Of a stretch of DNA of 64,000 nucleotides, positions 25,155-38,714 are shown one piece after another. The notes under the pieces were generated by a model that did no database searches, was not told where the DNA came from, and saw only the letters and a program-made list of their open reading frames with translations. A program made the position numbers and the translations under genes. Within the stretch, counting starts at the first letter, position 1. Every line of letters begins with the position of its first letter. Where the stretch lies: the NCBI RefSeq assembly GCF_004010195.1, contig NC_057758.1:7418630-7482629 (forward strand), in the 5' to 3' direction. The stretch comes from Chiloscyllium plagiosum (lineage: Eukaryota).

Positions 25155-27559
25155 CAATTGGTTCTGACCAATAAAGTTTTCGTTTCTCATCTTTCTCCAT
25201 CAGAAAACTTCATTGTCTCTCTTAAAATGGAACATTATTCATTTCAATATTTGTATATCTTGGATTCCCCATAGTACCTTTGACATGGGTAATCTTTTAC
25301 GTTTTCGCATTTCTTTGTTGAGAAAATACAACCTTCTCCTGGAAAAGCAGCATTTCCTGAATTCAGAGATCGACAATGACGGATTTGAGCATTCATATGA
25401 AAAACAAGGGATCCCAGTGCAGCCACTGAAATCGAAGACGTGTATTTGAAGCCATCATTCAAATTTTGTTCAGTTCTAATCAACAGTGCGACATGTCCAC
25501 ATGCTTTGTTAATTTTGTTGGACACTAATGTAATGGCAAGTTATGGGAGAGAGTGTTCATCAATGTGAAACCTGAGATAGCCCATTTCGCTCGATTTACC
25601 TCAACTTGAGGAAACAGCGCACACTCATTCTATTGATGCAGCATAACTTATTTAGTCTCAGGCATTTCATTCAACTGCAGTGTCGCACTCATTACAGTTA
25701 TTGTCTTTAGCATTCGCGAATAGTACAATGACGTCTCGAGTTACATTAGTAAACATAAAATGATAGAAAAACTCAGCATCTCTGGCAGCGTCTGCGAAGA
25801 GAAGAAACGGATAATCATATCGAGGTACTGTGAATCTTCTTCAGAAATTGAGTAGCTTTATTACATTTTCTCTGCACCTATTGTGAAATAAATGGCTAAC
25901 AATGCTGTGATTGACGCTTACATAGCGTTATTAAGAAGTCTGTTTCCTACAAGTTAACTGTAATCCAAAAGAAACAATACTACAAAATATGATAATATCA
26001 AATTAATATAGATGATTTGCTAATGCAAACAGAAAGTGCTACAGGAAATGAATAGTTCTTGCAGATCCTGTGGAAAGTTGAAAATATAATGTTGAAACCA
26101 ATTACTTTTCTTCAAGGGATATCTAGCTGAACATGTTCATTGTCTGAGAAGCGAAAACAAAATACATAGTTGTCATCCTCTGAGGTGGTTTCTAACTTTA
26201 ACAAGTCATAACAGCAATGCTCACTGGGGAAACCATGTTAAAACCAAATTCAACTGTGCAGTTAGAGTTAAGTTCACAGTTGGTGTTTATCTTTTCTTTT
26301 TTTGACTGGTCTCGTCTGCGATGAGCGAGGTAAAACTGAATGCAAGTATAATCGGTCTCTTAAAATTTGTCAAAATTTTGGAAGAGAGAAAGGTAATAAC
26401 TTCTCTTACCTTCGCGATTACCACATGTACGAATAAATGAATAGAAATTCTTCAAGAAATTTGGAGAGAAGCACGTTAAGAGAAAACGTGAATGTATATT
26501 TTTTGCTGGATTGTGTACTACTTTGACACATAGTGTTTCGAGCATGGAATTAGACTACACATTCAAGCATACGAAAACGAATGTAGGTATGGACAGATTA
26601 ACAGATTCATTGATTAATTTGCAGCAATTAAACTCTTCAATGGTTCTCCATTGACCAATTTGGACAAGCACATTTACCCGCATTTCATATAATCATTTCA
26701 CGGAATGTATGTGCCAATGGCTGGACGAGCACTTGTTGTTCAAATTTGCACCAAAAGGCATTTAAGCATCAATCACATTTCCGTGGTTCTGGAGGCAATG
26801 TGAGGACGGTATTTATCTTCCCTAAAAGACATCAGTGAAGCACAATAGTTTTTTTTTTCCTTTAACAATTACCATTTTCCCAGATGTTTCCCCATTTGTC
26901 TCATTGTTTTCAAATTTCCCAAAGAGAATTGTTCTTACGAAGGGTCACTAAAATAGAAGCTTTTATATATCTCCACAGATGCTGTCAAAAGTGGTGAAAT
27001 TTTGTAACATTCTTTGGTTTACCGTGTTCCAGTTGAGATCATTATTATTTGTGTTGGATTTACACCTTTCAAAACATATTGGACAATTTTTCCCATTCAG
27101 GCTATGAAAACAGTTTGTAGCCTAAGACTTTAGAAGTGCATTCAGTTATCAATTACACCAACCAAGATGGCAATGTGGACAGAACGTCGAAACAAATCCC
27201 AACTGTCACAACATTCCGAAGAAATAATACGTTATTCGGTTTATTAGGTTCTAAATTACCCCGCTTGCATTGGGATCATTGTTAGAAATCGTTAAGAAGA
27301 AAGGGAACCAGAATACTGTGATCATTCAAAGAAAACTTTATCGGTGGAAATATTAATATTTGTCCACATGCAGGTGGAGATGCTGCTACATCTCTACGTA
27401 GTCTTAATTTTAAATCTAATTTGCCAGTTTCCCCGTGGCTCATATGGTCATCCAGATTGTGTTACCTTTGAGGATCTGTTGCATTCTGACTGTTTCTGAA
27501 ACGGAGAATTGTGCGCAGTATGCTCCCAGTTGATGCCAACCCACGCACAGATTAACCAG

Positions 27560-27726
27560 ATTTGCTGAAAAATGCTTCACAAGGAGCAGGAGAATCTTCA
27601 GGAATGAAGGCTTAAGCCCGAAACGTCCATTCTCCTGCTCCTTGAATGCTGCCTGACCTGCTACGCTTTTCTATCAACACAATTTTCAGTTCTGATCTCC
27701 TGCATCTGCGGTTCTCACTTTCTCCT
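27560..27726 (+). mobile_element. Solo or partly fold-back PLE-tail element
   Basis: AAGGCTTAAGCCCGAAACGTC followed by the GCTGCCTGACCTGC...CTCACTTTCTCC tail. Confidence 0.75.
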
Positions 27727-28189
27727 GAAAAATGTTTCAGTCGTGAATGGGTAAATGAATGGGGAAAAAATCGAGAGGCATTGCAAACGATCATGATCGA
27801 TTAGAGAGTGGCATATGAGCGAGCGGTAGAGAAAAAACCTAAACGTGTTTGTTTTCTAAACAGTGTTCATTCAATTTCAGTAACCCAAATTCGAATGTAC
27901 AAGTGGCTAACTTGTTCTAATTTTGTGAGAAAGAAACTTTTGTGAAATGCTGTCGTATCTCGGTCCAAATCCAGTTCATTCAATACATTTTAATTCGGAT
28001 TCTTCCATTTCTCCTGAGGATACTGCTTAATGGTTTCACCGTCACCCACACATATTAATGATCAGTGGAGCGTCGAGGAGAACCCGACCTCATAGCAACG
28101 GAGAGAATCAGAAAGACACGGGAATGAAATGCTAAGAAAAATAAACATTGTCTCTCTGTACGTCATCTCAGTAAATTTTATCCTGTCCG

Positions 28190-28420
28190 GTTCAAGATTA
28201 ATGAAGAATTATACATGGATATATGGTTTAGAGTTTCATACGATGTATTGATATTATTTTGTGCAGGAATTGATGGAAGTGAGTTTCGCAAAATGGAGAC
28301 GTGTAACCAGTGGTGTTTCACAGGGATCCATTCTGGGAACACAGTTGTTTGTGATATGCATGAACGATTTGGAGAAATATACAGGTCATCTGGATAAGCA
28401 AGCTTGCAGATTACACGAAG
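28190..28420 (+). mobile_element. CR1-type LINE RT fragment
   Basis: WRRVTSGVSQGSILGTQLFVICMNDLE (GVPQGS motif). Confidence 0.75.
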
Positions 28421-28614
28421 ATTGCTTGTTGAGCAGTGCTTCAATCTCAAATATCAGACCACAATTAGTGATATTTGTAGAAGTGCTTGAACATCAGCAA
28501 ATGTTCCAGTTAGACTTTAAACTTCGCGGGAATTTTTTTGTGAATTACCAACATCATGAAAAAGTAAATTTCGAAACACTCCCGATGACGTGAAGCAAAC
28601 ATGAACAACATTGT

Positions 28615-29114
28615 NNNNNNNNNNNNNNNNNNNNNNNNNNNNNNNNNNNNNNNNNNNNNNNNNNNNNNNNNNNNNNNNNNNNNNNNNNNNNNNNNNNNNN
28701 NNNNNNNNNNNNNNNNNNNNNNNNNNNNNNNNNNNNNNNNNNNNNNNNNNNNNNNNNNNNNNNNNNNNNNNNNNNNNNNNNNNNNNNNNNNNNNNNNNNN
28801 NNNNNNNNNNNNNNNNNNNNNNNNNNNNNNNNNNNNNNNNNNNNNNNNNNNNNNNNNNNNNNNNNNNNNNNNNNNNNNNNNNNNNNNNNNNNNNNNNNNN
28901 NNNNNNNNNNNNNNNNNNNNNNNNNNNNNNNNNNNNNNNNNNNNNNNNNNNNNNNNNNNNNNNNNNNNNNNNNNNNNNNNNNNNNNNNNNNNNNNNNNNN
29001 NNNNNNNNNNNNNNNNNNNNNNNNNNNNNNNNNNNNNNNNNNNNNNNNNNNNNNNNNNNNNNNNNNNNNNNNNNNNNNNNNNNNNNNNNNNNNNNNNNNN
29101 NNNNNNNNNNNNNN
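28615..29114. other. Assembly gap (N run)
   Basis: 500 n characters. Confidence 1.
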
Positions 29115-29375
29115 TCTTTCTGATGCAGCAATGCAACAATTCCGCAGTATCAGTCATGTGCTCAGTTTTGACCTTCAGGCACTGGGGGTGGGGGGTTCGT
29201 ACTGTCAATGATACTGATCCCTCAGCGTTTAAGAGACGAGCACAGAATATAGACTAACATTTTTCGAGATCGCTATCCAGTCAAAAGTGCTGTCTTTCTG
29301 ATGCAGCAATGCGACAATTCCGCAGTATCAGTCATGTGTTCAGTTTCGACCTTCAGGCACTGGGGGTGGGGGGTT
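29115..29375. repeat. Direct duplication of ~80 bp, period 178 bp
   Basis: TCTTTCTGATGCAGCAATGC...CAGGCACTGGGGGTGGGGG starts at 29115 and again at 29293. Confidence 0.9.
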
Positions 29376-29555
29376 TGGGGGGAGAGTTTCTATTGTCTTT
29401 GGTGCAACATTCCCTGGCGGAGTGGACTCGATGGGTCGAATGGCCTTTCTTATACTCCTATGGGAAACACGAGCCACTTTTCCCAAAACAGATTTACTCC
29501 TTGATCTCCATCAATTTGCTTTGAAAGTTCCACTCTTTGACAGTGCGAATATACG

Positions 29556-30875
29556 AGTCCACCCCTCTCACCCACTCCAACCTCTCACGCTCACAACGTG
29601 CAGCCCTCCAATCCCTCCGCTTCAACCCCAACCTCACTATCAAACCGGCAAACAAGGGAGGCGCAGTGGTAGTTTTGCACACTGATCTTTACATTGCTGA
29701 GGGTAAACGCCAACTCGCGGACACCTCCTATTCCTGCCCCTTAACCATGACCCGACCTCCCACCACCAAACCATCATCTCCCAGACAATCCATAACTTCA
29801 CCACCCCATGGGATCTCCCATCCGCCGCCTCCAACCTCATAGTCCCACAACCCCGCACCGCCCGTTTCCACCTCCTGCCCAAAATCCACAAACCTGCCAG
29901 CCCCGGCCGACCATTGTCTCAGCCTGCTGCTGCTCCACCGAACTCATCGCTGCATACCTCGACACAGTCCTGTCTCCCTTAGTCCAAGAACTCCCCACCA
30001 ACGTTCGGGACACCACACACGCCCTCCACCTCCTCCATGATTTTTGCATCCCCGGCCACCAACGCCTTATCTTCACCATGGACATCCGGTTCCTAAAGAC
30101 CTCCATCCCCCATTACGAAGGCCTCAAATCCCTCCGCTTCTTCCTTTCCCGCCGACCAACCAGTACCCTTCCACTAACACCCTGCTTCGACTAACTGAAT
30201 TGGTCTTCACGCTGAAAAACTTCTCTTTCCAATCCTCCCACTTCCTCCAAACCAAAGGAGTAGCCATGTGCACCCGCATGTGCCCCAGCTACGCCTGCCT
30301 CTTCGTCGGATATGTGGAACAGTCCACCTTCCGCAGCTACACTGGCACCAAACCGCACCTTTTCCTCCGCTACATTGATGACTGTATCGGCGCTACCTCG
30401 TGCTCCCACGAGGAGGTTCATCAATTCATCCACTTTACTGACACCTTCCACCCCGACCTCAAATTTACCTGGAACGTCTCAGGCTCCTCCCTCCACTTCC
30501 TAGACCTCTCCATTTCTATCTCAGGGGACCGACTCAACACGGACATTTGCTACTAATCAACCGACTCCAACAACTTCCTATATTACACCTCCTGCCACCC
30601 TGCCCCCTGTAAAGACGCCATCCCACATTCCCAATTCCTCCCAGGAGGACCGACTCCAATACCGAACAACACAGATGACCTCCTACTTCACAGACCACAA
30701 TTTCCCCTCAGACGTGGTTGGCGATGCTCTCTACCTCATCTCCTCCACTTCCCGTTCCTCCGCACTTGAACCCCGCCCCTCCAATTTCCACCAGGACAGA
30801 ACCCCACTGGTCCTCATCTACCACCCCACCAACCTCCAGAGACATGGTCCCATCCTTTGTCATTTCCACCACCTC
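29556..30875 (+). mobile_element. PLE reverse transcriptase region (second family), frameshifted
   Basis: LTIKPANKGGAVVV, LLPKIHKP, RLIFTMDI..L.TSIPH, FLQTKGVAMCTRMCPSYACLF and FLRYIDDCIG. Confidence 0.92.
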
Positions 30876-30904
30876 CAGACAGACCTGTTTTCCTGTATTT
30901 GGCG

Positions 30905-31135
30905 CTGACTAATCTATACATCTCTGTAGACTATGGGCAATTTAGCCAAATCACCTGACATGCACATCTTTGCATTGTGGGAGATAACAGGAGCACCCAG
31001 AGGAAAAACACAGAGATGTGGCAAGAATATGCAAAATCCACACAGACAGTCGCCCAAGTCTACGACTGAACCCGTATGCCTTGTACCGTGATGCAGCACA
31101 GTTAAAGACTGAACCACCTTGCTGCCCCAAACGAC
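30905..31135 (-). mobile_element. V-domain SINE (HE1-like)
   Basis: Reverse complement of the head and V-domain seen at 2073-2340. Confidence 0.8.
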
Positions 31136-31424
31136 AGTGCTGCTGTTCATTATATCTTCTATTCACTTAATGAAGCCTGTCCCAACGTGCTCTGGTTCTT
31201 TGGTCACAGTAGGAAATAGTTTACCCGCTCTTCTCAGCTGCCCTAACGAATTCCAACCACTTCAATCACGAGCAAATCTCTCCACACCCTACCCACTCTC
31301 AATCCTTTGCATATCTACGCAGGAACTTCCAAAGTGCTCCAACCTCCGCAGTTGAAGGTTATGCAACTATGCAATCAAAGCACAATTGCGTTTGTTGTCT
31401 CCAGAATATTCATCTCCACTGAAT

Positions 31425-31635
31425 GTCAGTGCTAGAAGAGCGCTGTTCTGACAGAGGGTCAGTTCTGAGGGAGTGCCGGCCTGTTAGAGCGTCACTGCTG
31501 AGGGATCTACACACTATTAGAGGGTTCTTGCTTTGGGGTTCCTGCAATATTGGAATGTTTGTGCTGAAGACATGGTACAATTGGAAGTATCAGTGCTGAG
31601 GGAGCAGGGTCTGCCCAATTGCGAGCACTGAGACA
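31425..31635 (-). repeat. Degenerate reverse-orientation copies of the 33-bp minisatellite unit
   Basis: AGAGGGTCAGTTCTGAGGGAGTGCC and TCAGTGCTGAGGGAGC are the reverse complement of the 54070-57020 unit. Confidence 0.65.
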
Positions 31636-31854
31636 GCTCCCCACGACTGAAATATCAAAATACAACGTTGAGACGAGTTAGAGATAAATTAAGTGATTTT
31701 AATTATTAAAACAGATCGAAGAAAATGCCATGTTATGAAGACTCAGACTATCTCTCCGTAGTTGGACAAGTTGTTGGAGTGTTGACGTCACAGTCGACAG
31801 TAACAACTCGCCAGTTGTTTTCATAATTTGACCACGCAGCAGTTATAACCCCAG

Positions 31855-32148
31855 NNNNNNNNNNNNNNNNNNNNNNNNNNNNNNNNNNNNNNNNNNNNNN
31901 NNNNNNNNNNNNNNNNNNNNNNNNNNNNNNNNNNNNNNNNNNNNNNNNNNNNNNNNNNNNNNNNNNNNNNNNNNNNNNNNNNNNNNNNNNNNNNNNNNNN
32001 NNNNNNNNNNNNNNNNNNNNNNNNNNNNNNNNNNNNNNNNNNNNNNNNNNNNNNNNNNNNNNNNNNNNNNNNNNNNNNNNNNNNNNNNNNNNNNNNNNNN
32101 NNNNNNNNNNNNNNNNNNNNNNNNNNNNNNNNNNNNNNNNNNNNNNNA
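31855..32148. other. Assembly gap (N run)
   Basis: Run of n characters. Confidence 1.
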
Positions 32149-32848
32149 ACCGCAAGAAATACAAAAATTGCCTCCAGACCTCCCCCTCACTTCCCTCCAA
32201 GGCCACAAGGGATCCTTCCATATCCGTCACAAATTCACCTGCACCTCCACACACATCATTTACTTCATCCGGTGCACCAGATGTGGCCTCCTCTATATTG
32301 GGGAGACATGCCGCCTACTTGTGGAACGTTTCAGGGAACACCTATGGGACCCCCGCACCAATCAACCCAACCACTCCGTGGCGGAACACTTTAACTTCCC
32401 TTCCACTCCGCCAAGGACGTACTGGTCCTTGACCTCCTCCATCGCCAGCCCATGGCAACACGACGCCTGGAGGAAGAGCGCCTCATCTTCCACCTTTGAA
32501 ACCTCCAACCACAAGGGATGAATTCAGATGTCTTCAGCTTCCTCATTTCCTCTCCCCTCCACATTATCTCAGTCCCAACCCTCGGACTCAGCACTGCCTT
32601 CTTGACCTGCAACCTTCTTCCCGATCTCTCCGCCCCAACCCTCTCCGGCCTATCACCCTCACCTTAACCTCCTTCCACCTACCGCATTCCCAACGCCCCT
32701 CCCCCAAGTCCCTCCTCCCTACCTTTTAACTTAGTCTGCTTGGCACACCTTCCTCATTCCTGAAGAAGGGGTAATGCCCGAAAAGTCGATTCTTCTGCTC
32801 CTTCGATGCTGCCTGACCTGTTGCGCTTTTCCAGCAAAACATTTTAAA
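32149..32848 (+). mobile_element. PLE 3' end: GIY-YIG endonuclease and hammerhead-like tail
   Basis: FTCTSTHIIYFIRCTRCGLLYIGETCRLLVERFREH; CTGAAGA-AGGG-GTAAT-GCCC-GAAA-AGTC at 32760-32787. Confidence 0.92.
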
Positions 32849-33199
32849 GGCTGTTTTCGGCTTTACTCACTGTCGGTGCACTCAAACACTTACACTGGCG
32901 TTTATATATCGTAATGCTTTATTTAAAATTCTTTGAAGCAGACAGAACAGAGAAACATTTCTCCCTCCACGGCGAAAGATCCATGATTTTCAGATCCTGA
33001 CAAATCAAGTGATTTCAGATCTTGACATGATGTTAATTTCAGATTTCTTTCTTCAAGTCAACTTCTCAGTGCAAGATAAAACTTCAAAAGAAAATACTTG
33101 CAAGGTGATGCACATTCGTGCGGATTGGTAGATTTCTATTTACTGTTAGTGCATAGGGATGGGAAGAACGGCGCCCTTTTTACCGCATGGTCGACTGCT

Positions 33200-35720
33200 T
33201 CTTATGGAGTCGTTCAGATGTCCAACATGAAAACAAATCTTTCTAGCCATCTCGTCAATGCTGACCAGATAATTGAACCGAATCGACTCCCATTTCCCTG
33301 CACCTGGCCCATATCCCTGTAAATCCTTCGTTTTCATGTCCCATCCAAATGTCTTTTAAATGCAGCAACTGTGCCAGGCTCCACCACTTCCTCTCGCAGC
33401 TCATTCCATACGCACAGCACCGTCTGTGTGAAAACGTTGCCCCTTCGGTCCCATCTATATCTTTCCCCTCGCAGCCGAAACCTATGCCCTCTAGTTCTGC
33501 ACACCTCACCCTACCCCACACCTTGTCTATTTATCTTATCCATGCCCCGTGTAATTTTATAAACCTTTCCAAGTTCGCCCCTCAGCCTCCGAAGCTCCAG
33601 GAAAATAAACCGTAGTCTGTTCACCCTCTCCCTATCGCTCAAACCCTCCAACCTTGGCACATCCTTGTAAATCGTTACTGAACCCTTTCAGGTTTCACAG
33701 CATGTTCCTAATAGGAAGGTGACAAAAATTGCATGCAATATTCTAAACTTGGCCTAACCAATATCCTGCAGAGTAATATCGTGACCTCCCAACTCCAATA
33801 CCCAATGCTTTGACCAATAAAGGAAAGCCCTTTCACTGTTCTGCTTACCCCTGCAGCTCTATTTTGTAGGAGCTACGAACCTGCAAACTTACTAATTACA
33901 CCTCCCAAGTTCACATCCAAATCATTCATATAAATAATGAAAAGTAGTGGACCCTGCACTGATCTTTGTGTCGCTCCACTGGTCACGAGACCTCCAGCCT
34001 GAAAAACAACCATCCACCACCACCCTCTTCGAACCAATTCTTTATCCAAATGCCTAGTCCTCCCTGTTTTCCATGAGATCGAACCTTGCTAACCAATCGC
34101 CCATGGGGAACCTTGTCGAACGCCTGACTGAAGTCCATGCAGATCACATCTACTGCACTGCCCACATCAATCATCTTTGTTATTTCTTCAAAAACCTTAA
34201 TTATGTTTGTGAGACGTGATTTCCCACGCACAAAGTCATGCTGACTATCCATAATCAGTCCTTCCTTTTTAAATAAATATAAATTCTGTGCCCTCCACCG
34301 ATGCCAAGCTCACTGGTCTAAGGTTCCCTGGTTTTTCCTTACCACCTTGCTTAAAGCGTGACACCATATTAGTCAACCTCTGGTCTGCCGGCACCTCACC
34401 TGTGACTATCTATGATAAAAATATCTCATAGAACATAGAACATAGAACATAGAAGATCACTTCCCTAGCTTCCCAGATATCTCGGGTACACCAAATGAAT
34501 TCCTGGGAATTTATCCACCTTTATGCATTTCAAGCCAATAAATACCTCCTCCTCTGTAATATGAACATTTTTCAAGATGGCACCATCTACTTCCCCACAT
34601 TCTATATCTTCCATGTCATTCTCCACACGAAACACTGGTACAAAATACGTGGTGAATATCTCCCCAATCTCGTGCGGCTCCAAACGAAGACTGCCTTGCT
34701 CATCTTTGAAGGGCACTATTCTCTCTATAGTTACCCTTTTGTCCTTAATGTATTTATAACAACCCTCTGGATTCTCCGTCAGCCTACTTGCCAAAGCTAT
34801 TTCTCTAGCCATCCAGCATTCCCTGGACCTACCTGCTTTTCCTTTCACCCTAATAGGAATATACTTCCTCTGGACTCTCGGTATCTCATTTCTGAAAGCT
34901 TCGCATTTTCCAGCTGTCCCTTTACCTGCGAACATCTGCCCCCCTCCCCACCGCACCACACTCAAATTGGCTTTTGAAAGTTTTTGCCTAACACCCTCAA
35001 AATTGGCCTTCCTCCAATATAGGCCTTCAGCTTTCAGATCCTGTCTAACCTTTTCCATCACTCTTTAAAATCTAAGATAATTATAGTCGCTGGCCTCAAA
35101 GTGCTCTCCCAGTGACACCTCAGTCACCTGTTCGAACTTATTTCTCAAGAATGGGTCAGGTTTTGCACCTTCCCTAGTAGGAACAGCCACATACTGAATC
35201 AGAAAGTTTTTTTGCAACCACTTAACACATTCCTCTCCATCAGAACCCTTCACACTATGGCAGTCCCAGTCTATGTTTGTAAATTTAAAATTCCCTACCA
35301 TAACCACCCGATTATTCTCAGAGATTAGTGAAAATTCTTTACAAATTTGTTTTTCAATTTTCCACTGACTATTAGCGGGTCTATTTTGTAATCCCAATAA
35401 GGTGATCATCAGTTTCATATTTCCCAGTTCCACCTAAATAATGTCACTGGATGTATTCCCAGGGGTATCCTAAGTACAGTAAGTAACGCTCTCCCTTATA
35501 AACGTTGCTATACCTCCCCGCGTCCCCCCCCCCCCCTTCATCTTGACCCCATTTCCAGCCGTCCTAAAGCATTTTGTCGCCTGGAACATTAAGCTGCCAG
35601 TCCTAAGCATCCCCAAGTCACGCTTCTGTAATGGATATGCTATCCCAGCGCTATGTTCCTCCTCATGTGCTAATTGCATCTGCCTTCACTTTTCGGCCTC
35701 TTGCATTGAAGTAATTGCAG
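33200..35720 (-). mobile_element. CR1-type LINE, endonuclease to 3' end, with internal deletions
   Basis: NNRVVMVGNFKFTNIDW, QYVAVPTREGA, KYIKDKRVT and SQHDFVRGKSRLTNII..VDVICMDFSQAFDKVPHGRLVSK. Confidence 0.92.
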
Positions 35721-35934
35721 TTTAAGTTATCAGTCCAGTCTTGTTCTCTGCTTGGTTCCTTCCTGCCCTGAAATTTTGACTTGTTTCATTTCCCAACCAC
35801 ACAAGTCTTAGACTGATCTCTTTCCTCACTATCGCCCTGGGTTCTCCCACGCAGCCAACCTCCCGCCCCCCACCCATGCAAGTCCTTAATGGAATGGGAG
35901 GGAGAGTTAAAGTGTTCAGCCACAAATCTTTTAG

Positions 35935-36190
35935 CCATGTCCTGAAGCAGATTCGCTACCACACCCGCATCATCTTCCTCAGTGCCTGCCTACTGATTCC
36001 GTATGGACTCCTGATACCGCACAGTGTCTGAACACTTCAACTCCCCCTCTCATTCCACCAAGGACAAGTACGTCCTGGGTCTCCTCCATCGCAAAACCCT
36101 TACCACCCAACTCTTGGATGAAGAATGCCACATCTTCCGCCTTGGAGCCTACAACCACACAGACTTAATGTGGGATTTCACCAGTTTCCC
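35935..36190 (+). mobile_element. Short PLE fragments
   Basis: SEHFNSPSHSTKDKYVLGLLH..LDEECHIFRLG.LQP, matching the GIY-YIG C-terminus of the other copies. Confidence 0.7.
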
Positions 36191-37184
36191 CTTCCATTAG
36201 GTTATCTTAGTCCAAGCACCACACTCTCAATTCTGACCTCCAACATTTGCTATTCTCACTTTCTCCTGGGTGGATGTTATATTCGCATGATGTTACCAAA
36301 TATGTACTGTATCACAAAACAAGGCATCTCACAACCTGATATTAATTTAATGCCTCATCACATTGTCAGCTCTTGCCTGTAAATCACCTTTTGTTGATTG
36401 TAAACATTATGAAATGGCATCATTCAGTTAACCAGACAAATGAGTGCGCCAAACTGAGTCAGTCAATGATGACAAACAAACGCAGACATTGCGAGAAAAG
36501 TTCAGTGGGTCTGGCAGCATCGGTGGAGAGATATCAAAATGTATTTTTCGGGTCAAGGGGCCCTTCCTCTGAACAGTTACCAATGTTACTGTTTTTGTAC
36601 ACAGCGGGAGACCTGGGATTCACTTTCTAGAAACTGTTCCCATCCCTGGATTCATTTCACGAACGTGCAATTCTTGCAAGTCAGCAATTTAATCCTGAAT
36701 GAGCAAAGAACAGAAAATCAATAAAATGCTTCCAGATGATTTCCCACAGGAGGATGGTTCAGTCTGGGTGAAGCTCCATCTTCATTCAGTGAAAGATGAG
36801 GAGCAGCAGCACCTTCTCTGGGCACCAATCAGCAGCTACATTGTCCAACTTCTGCATTCAGACCTTCGGAGTGCGCTGATTGGCTGCAGGACCAGCTTAC
36901 GTCCGGTCGTCCATGGATTCCCATTTGCCAACGGCGATGCGAGTCAATGGAGGGCTCAAACTGCCCTCCACATGCGCGATTCTGATGTTTAGCGGAATGA
37001 ATATGTTTATTTGTTTGTAAATAAATCAATACATCGAGCTTCTCCATCCCAGTGCATCCCCATTATTCCTTTGGGCAACTGGGACTTTGCAACCTGCCAA
37101 CGCTCTGTGTACAATCATCCAGATCAATGAACGCAGGAGCAATCGCGATTGAAAGTAATGGATGCTCAGGGTTTTTCAGAATGG

Positions 37185-37460
37185 ATTCCTTAAAGTGTGG
37201 AAACAGGCCCTTCAACCCAACAAGTCCACACCGACCCTCCGAAGAGTAATCCACCTAGACCCATGCCCCTCTGACTAACGCACCAAACACTATGGGCGAC
37301 TTATCACGGCCAATTTACCTGACCTGCACATCTTTGAAGAAGAAAACCCACACAGAGAAGGGGAGAACGTGCAAACTCCACACAGACGGTCGCCCGAGGC
37401 TGGATTTGAACCCAGCTCCATTGTGCTGCGAAGCAGCAGTGCTAACCACTGAGCCAAGCC
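37185..37460 (-). mobile_element. V-domain SINE (HE1-like)
   Basis: Reverse complement reads GGCTCAGTGGTTAGCACTGCTGC...GGGTTCAAATCC plus the V-domain. Confidence 0.85.
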
Positions 37461-38099
37461 AGGTGTGGAAGCAAATTCTGATTTTTGATGAGACATTAGT
37501 GTGAGTTTAATCCGGGAGTTAGTATTGCGGAACATATTTTAATCAAATGGAGAAGAGCATTTTTGTACTTGATGTCTGTTACACTGGCTCCTGTATCTTT
37601 CTATCTCTGGGTCTGTCGCTCAAACAGATCACTGCTTCACAACTCAGTTCTGTTCAACTGCTGGATCTCAGCTTCCTCGTGTATGGGAAAAACCAGGAGT
37701 AATCTTTGTGCAATTAGAGATCTTTATCACTCTATCCCTCCCCATTGAGCTCTCTGATGCTATTGCTAGAGGAATCTCACCTCAACACTAATGTCGGAAC
37801 TTGAGATTGAGGAGCAGGCGTCTGCAATTCAAGCCTTTTCCACCCTTTAACTGACTGCGGTTGATCACACCTCAGCCCTAACTCCACATGTCAATCAGTT
37901 AGTAGTTAAAACTTTGCCTGTGTCCTCATTTCAGTTTAATCAATGCACTGACATCTAACACACTGTGAGGAATGAATTCCATCGTTAGAAAACCAGTTGA
38001 GGGAATAATTCCTCCTCATCATTCTTTTAAATCTGATGCCTCTTAGCCTGAATCTGTTCTATTCTCTCATGGTCCATGGGCGTAGCAGTCTGGGATAGA

Positions 38100-38545
38100 A
38101 TAAATTCCCTATTCCTTCTGGCTCCTGAAAAAGTGGGGTGAGCTGCCTTCTTGAACCGCTGCAGGCCACGTGCTGTGGGTTAGCCCACAATGCCCTTGGG
38201 GAGGGAATTCCTGCAGTTTAATGCATTGACGCTGAAGGAATTGCTGATATATTTCCTGGGTGGTGCCGAGCTTGAGAGGAACTTGCAGGGCTGGGGCTCC
38301 CATGTATCTACTGGTATTACCCTTCCTTATGTAAGAGGTCGTGAATTTGGAAGATACTGTCTGAGGATCGTTGTTGACTTTTTGCATTACATTTTGCAGA
38401 TCGTCCCCACTGCTGCTTCTGAATGTCCATGGTGGAAGGAGTGGACGTGATACCAATTAAGCAGGCCTGGTTGGTGTTAAGTTTTAGTGTTGTTGGAGCT
38501 GCAGCCATTCCGGCAAGTGGGACATCACACTCCCTGACAGTCAAC
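38100..38545 (-). mobile_element. LINE 3' fragment (L2/CR1 group, distinct family)
   Basis: Minus frames give AAPTTLKLNTNQ..LIG... and ...LQRFKKAAHPTF, typical of a non-LTR ORF2 C-terminus. Confidence 0.55.
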
Positions 38546-38714
38546 AGCAAGACAAAAATGATGTTATCTGTGTTTTCTCTCACTCCCTCTGAGTCTTTCT
38601 GTTGCCCTTTCTGTCTCTCAATTGCCAAGTCTCTTGACTCTTTCTTTCTCTTGCTCAATTTCTATCCCTCGCTCTCTGTTGTCTTGATCTCTCTCACAGA
38701 TCCTCTCTCTGGAT

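Noticed and set aside
27300..27575. Possible third GPCR exon 2 (minus-strand TTTTCAG-CAAATCTGGTT, ANLV)
   Set aside because: The downstream translation lacks convincing TM motifs, and the apparent acceptor overlaps a PLE-tail remnant.
29115..29375. Tandem duplication as a functional element
   Set aside because: It abuts an assembly gap and has only two visible copies, so its extent and meaning cannot be judged.
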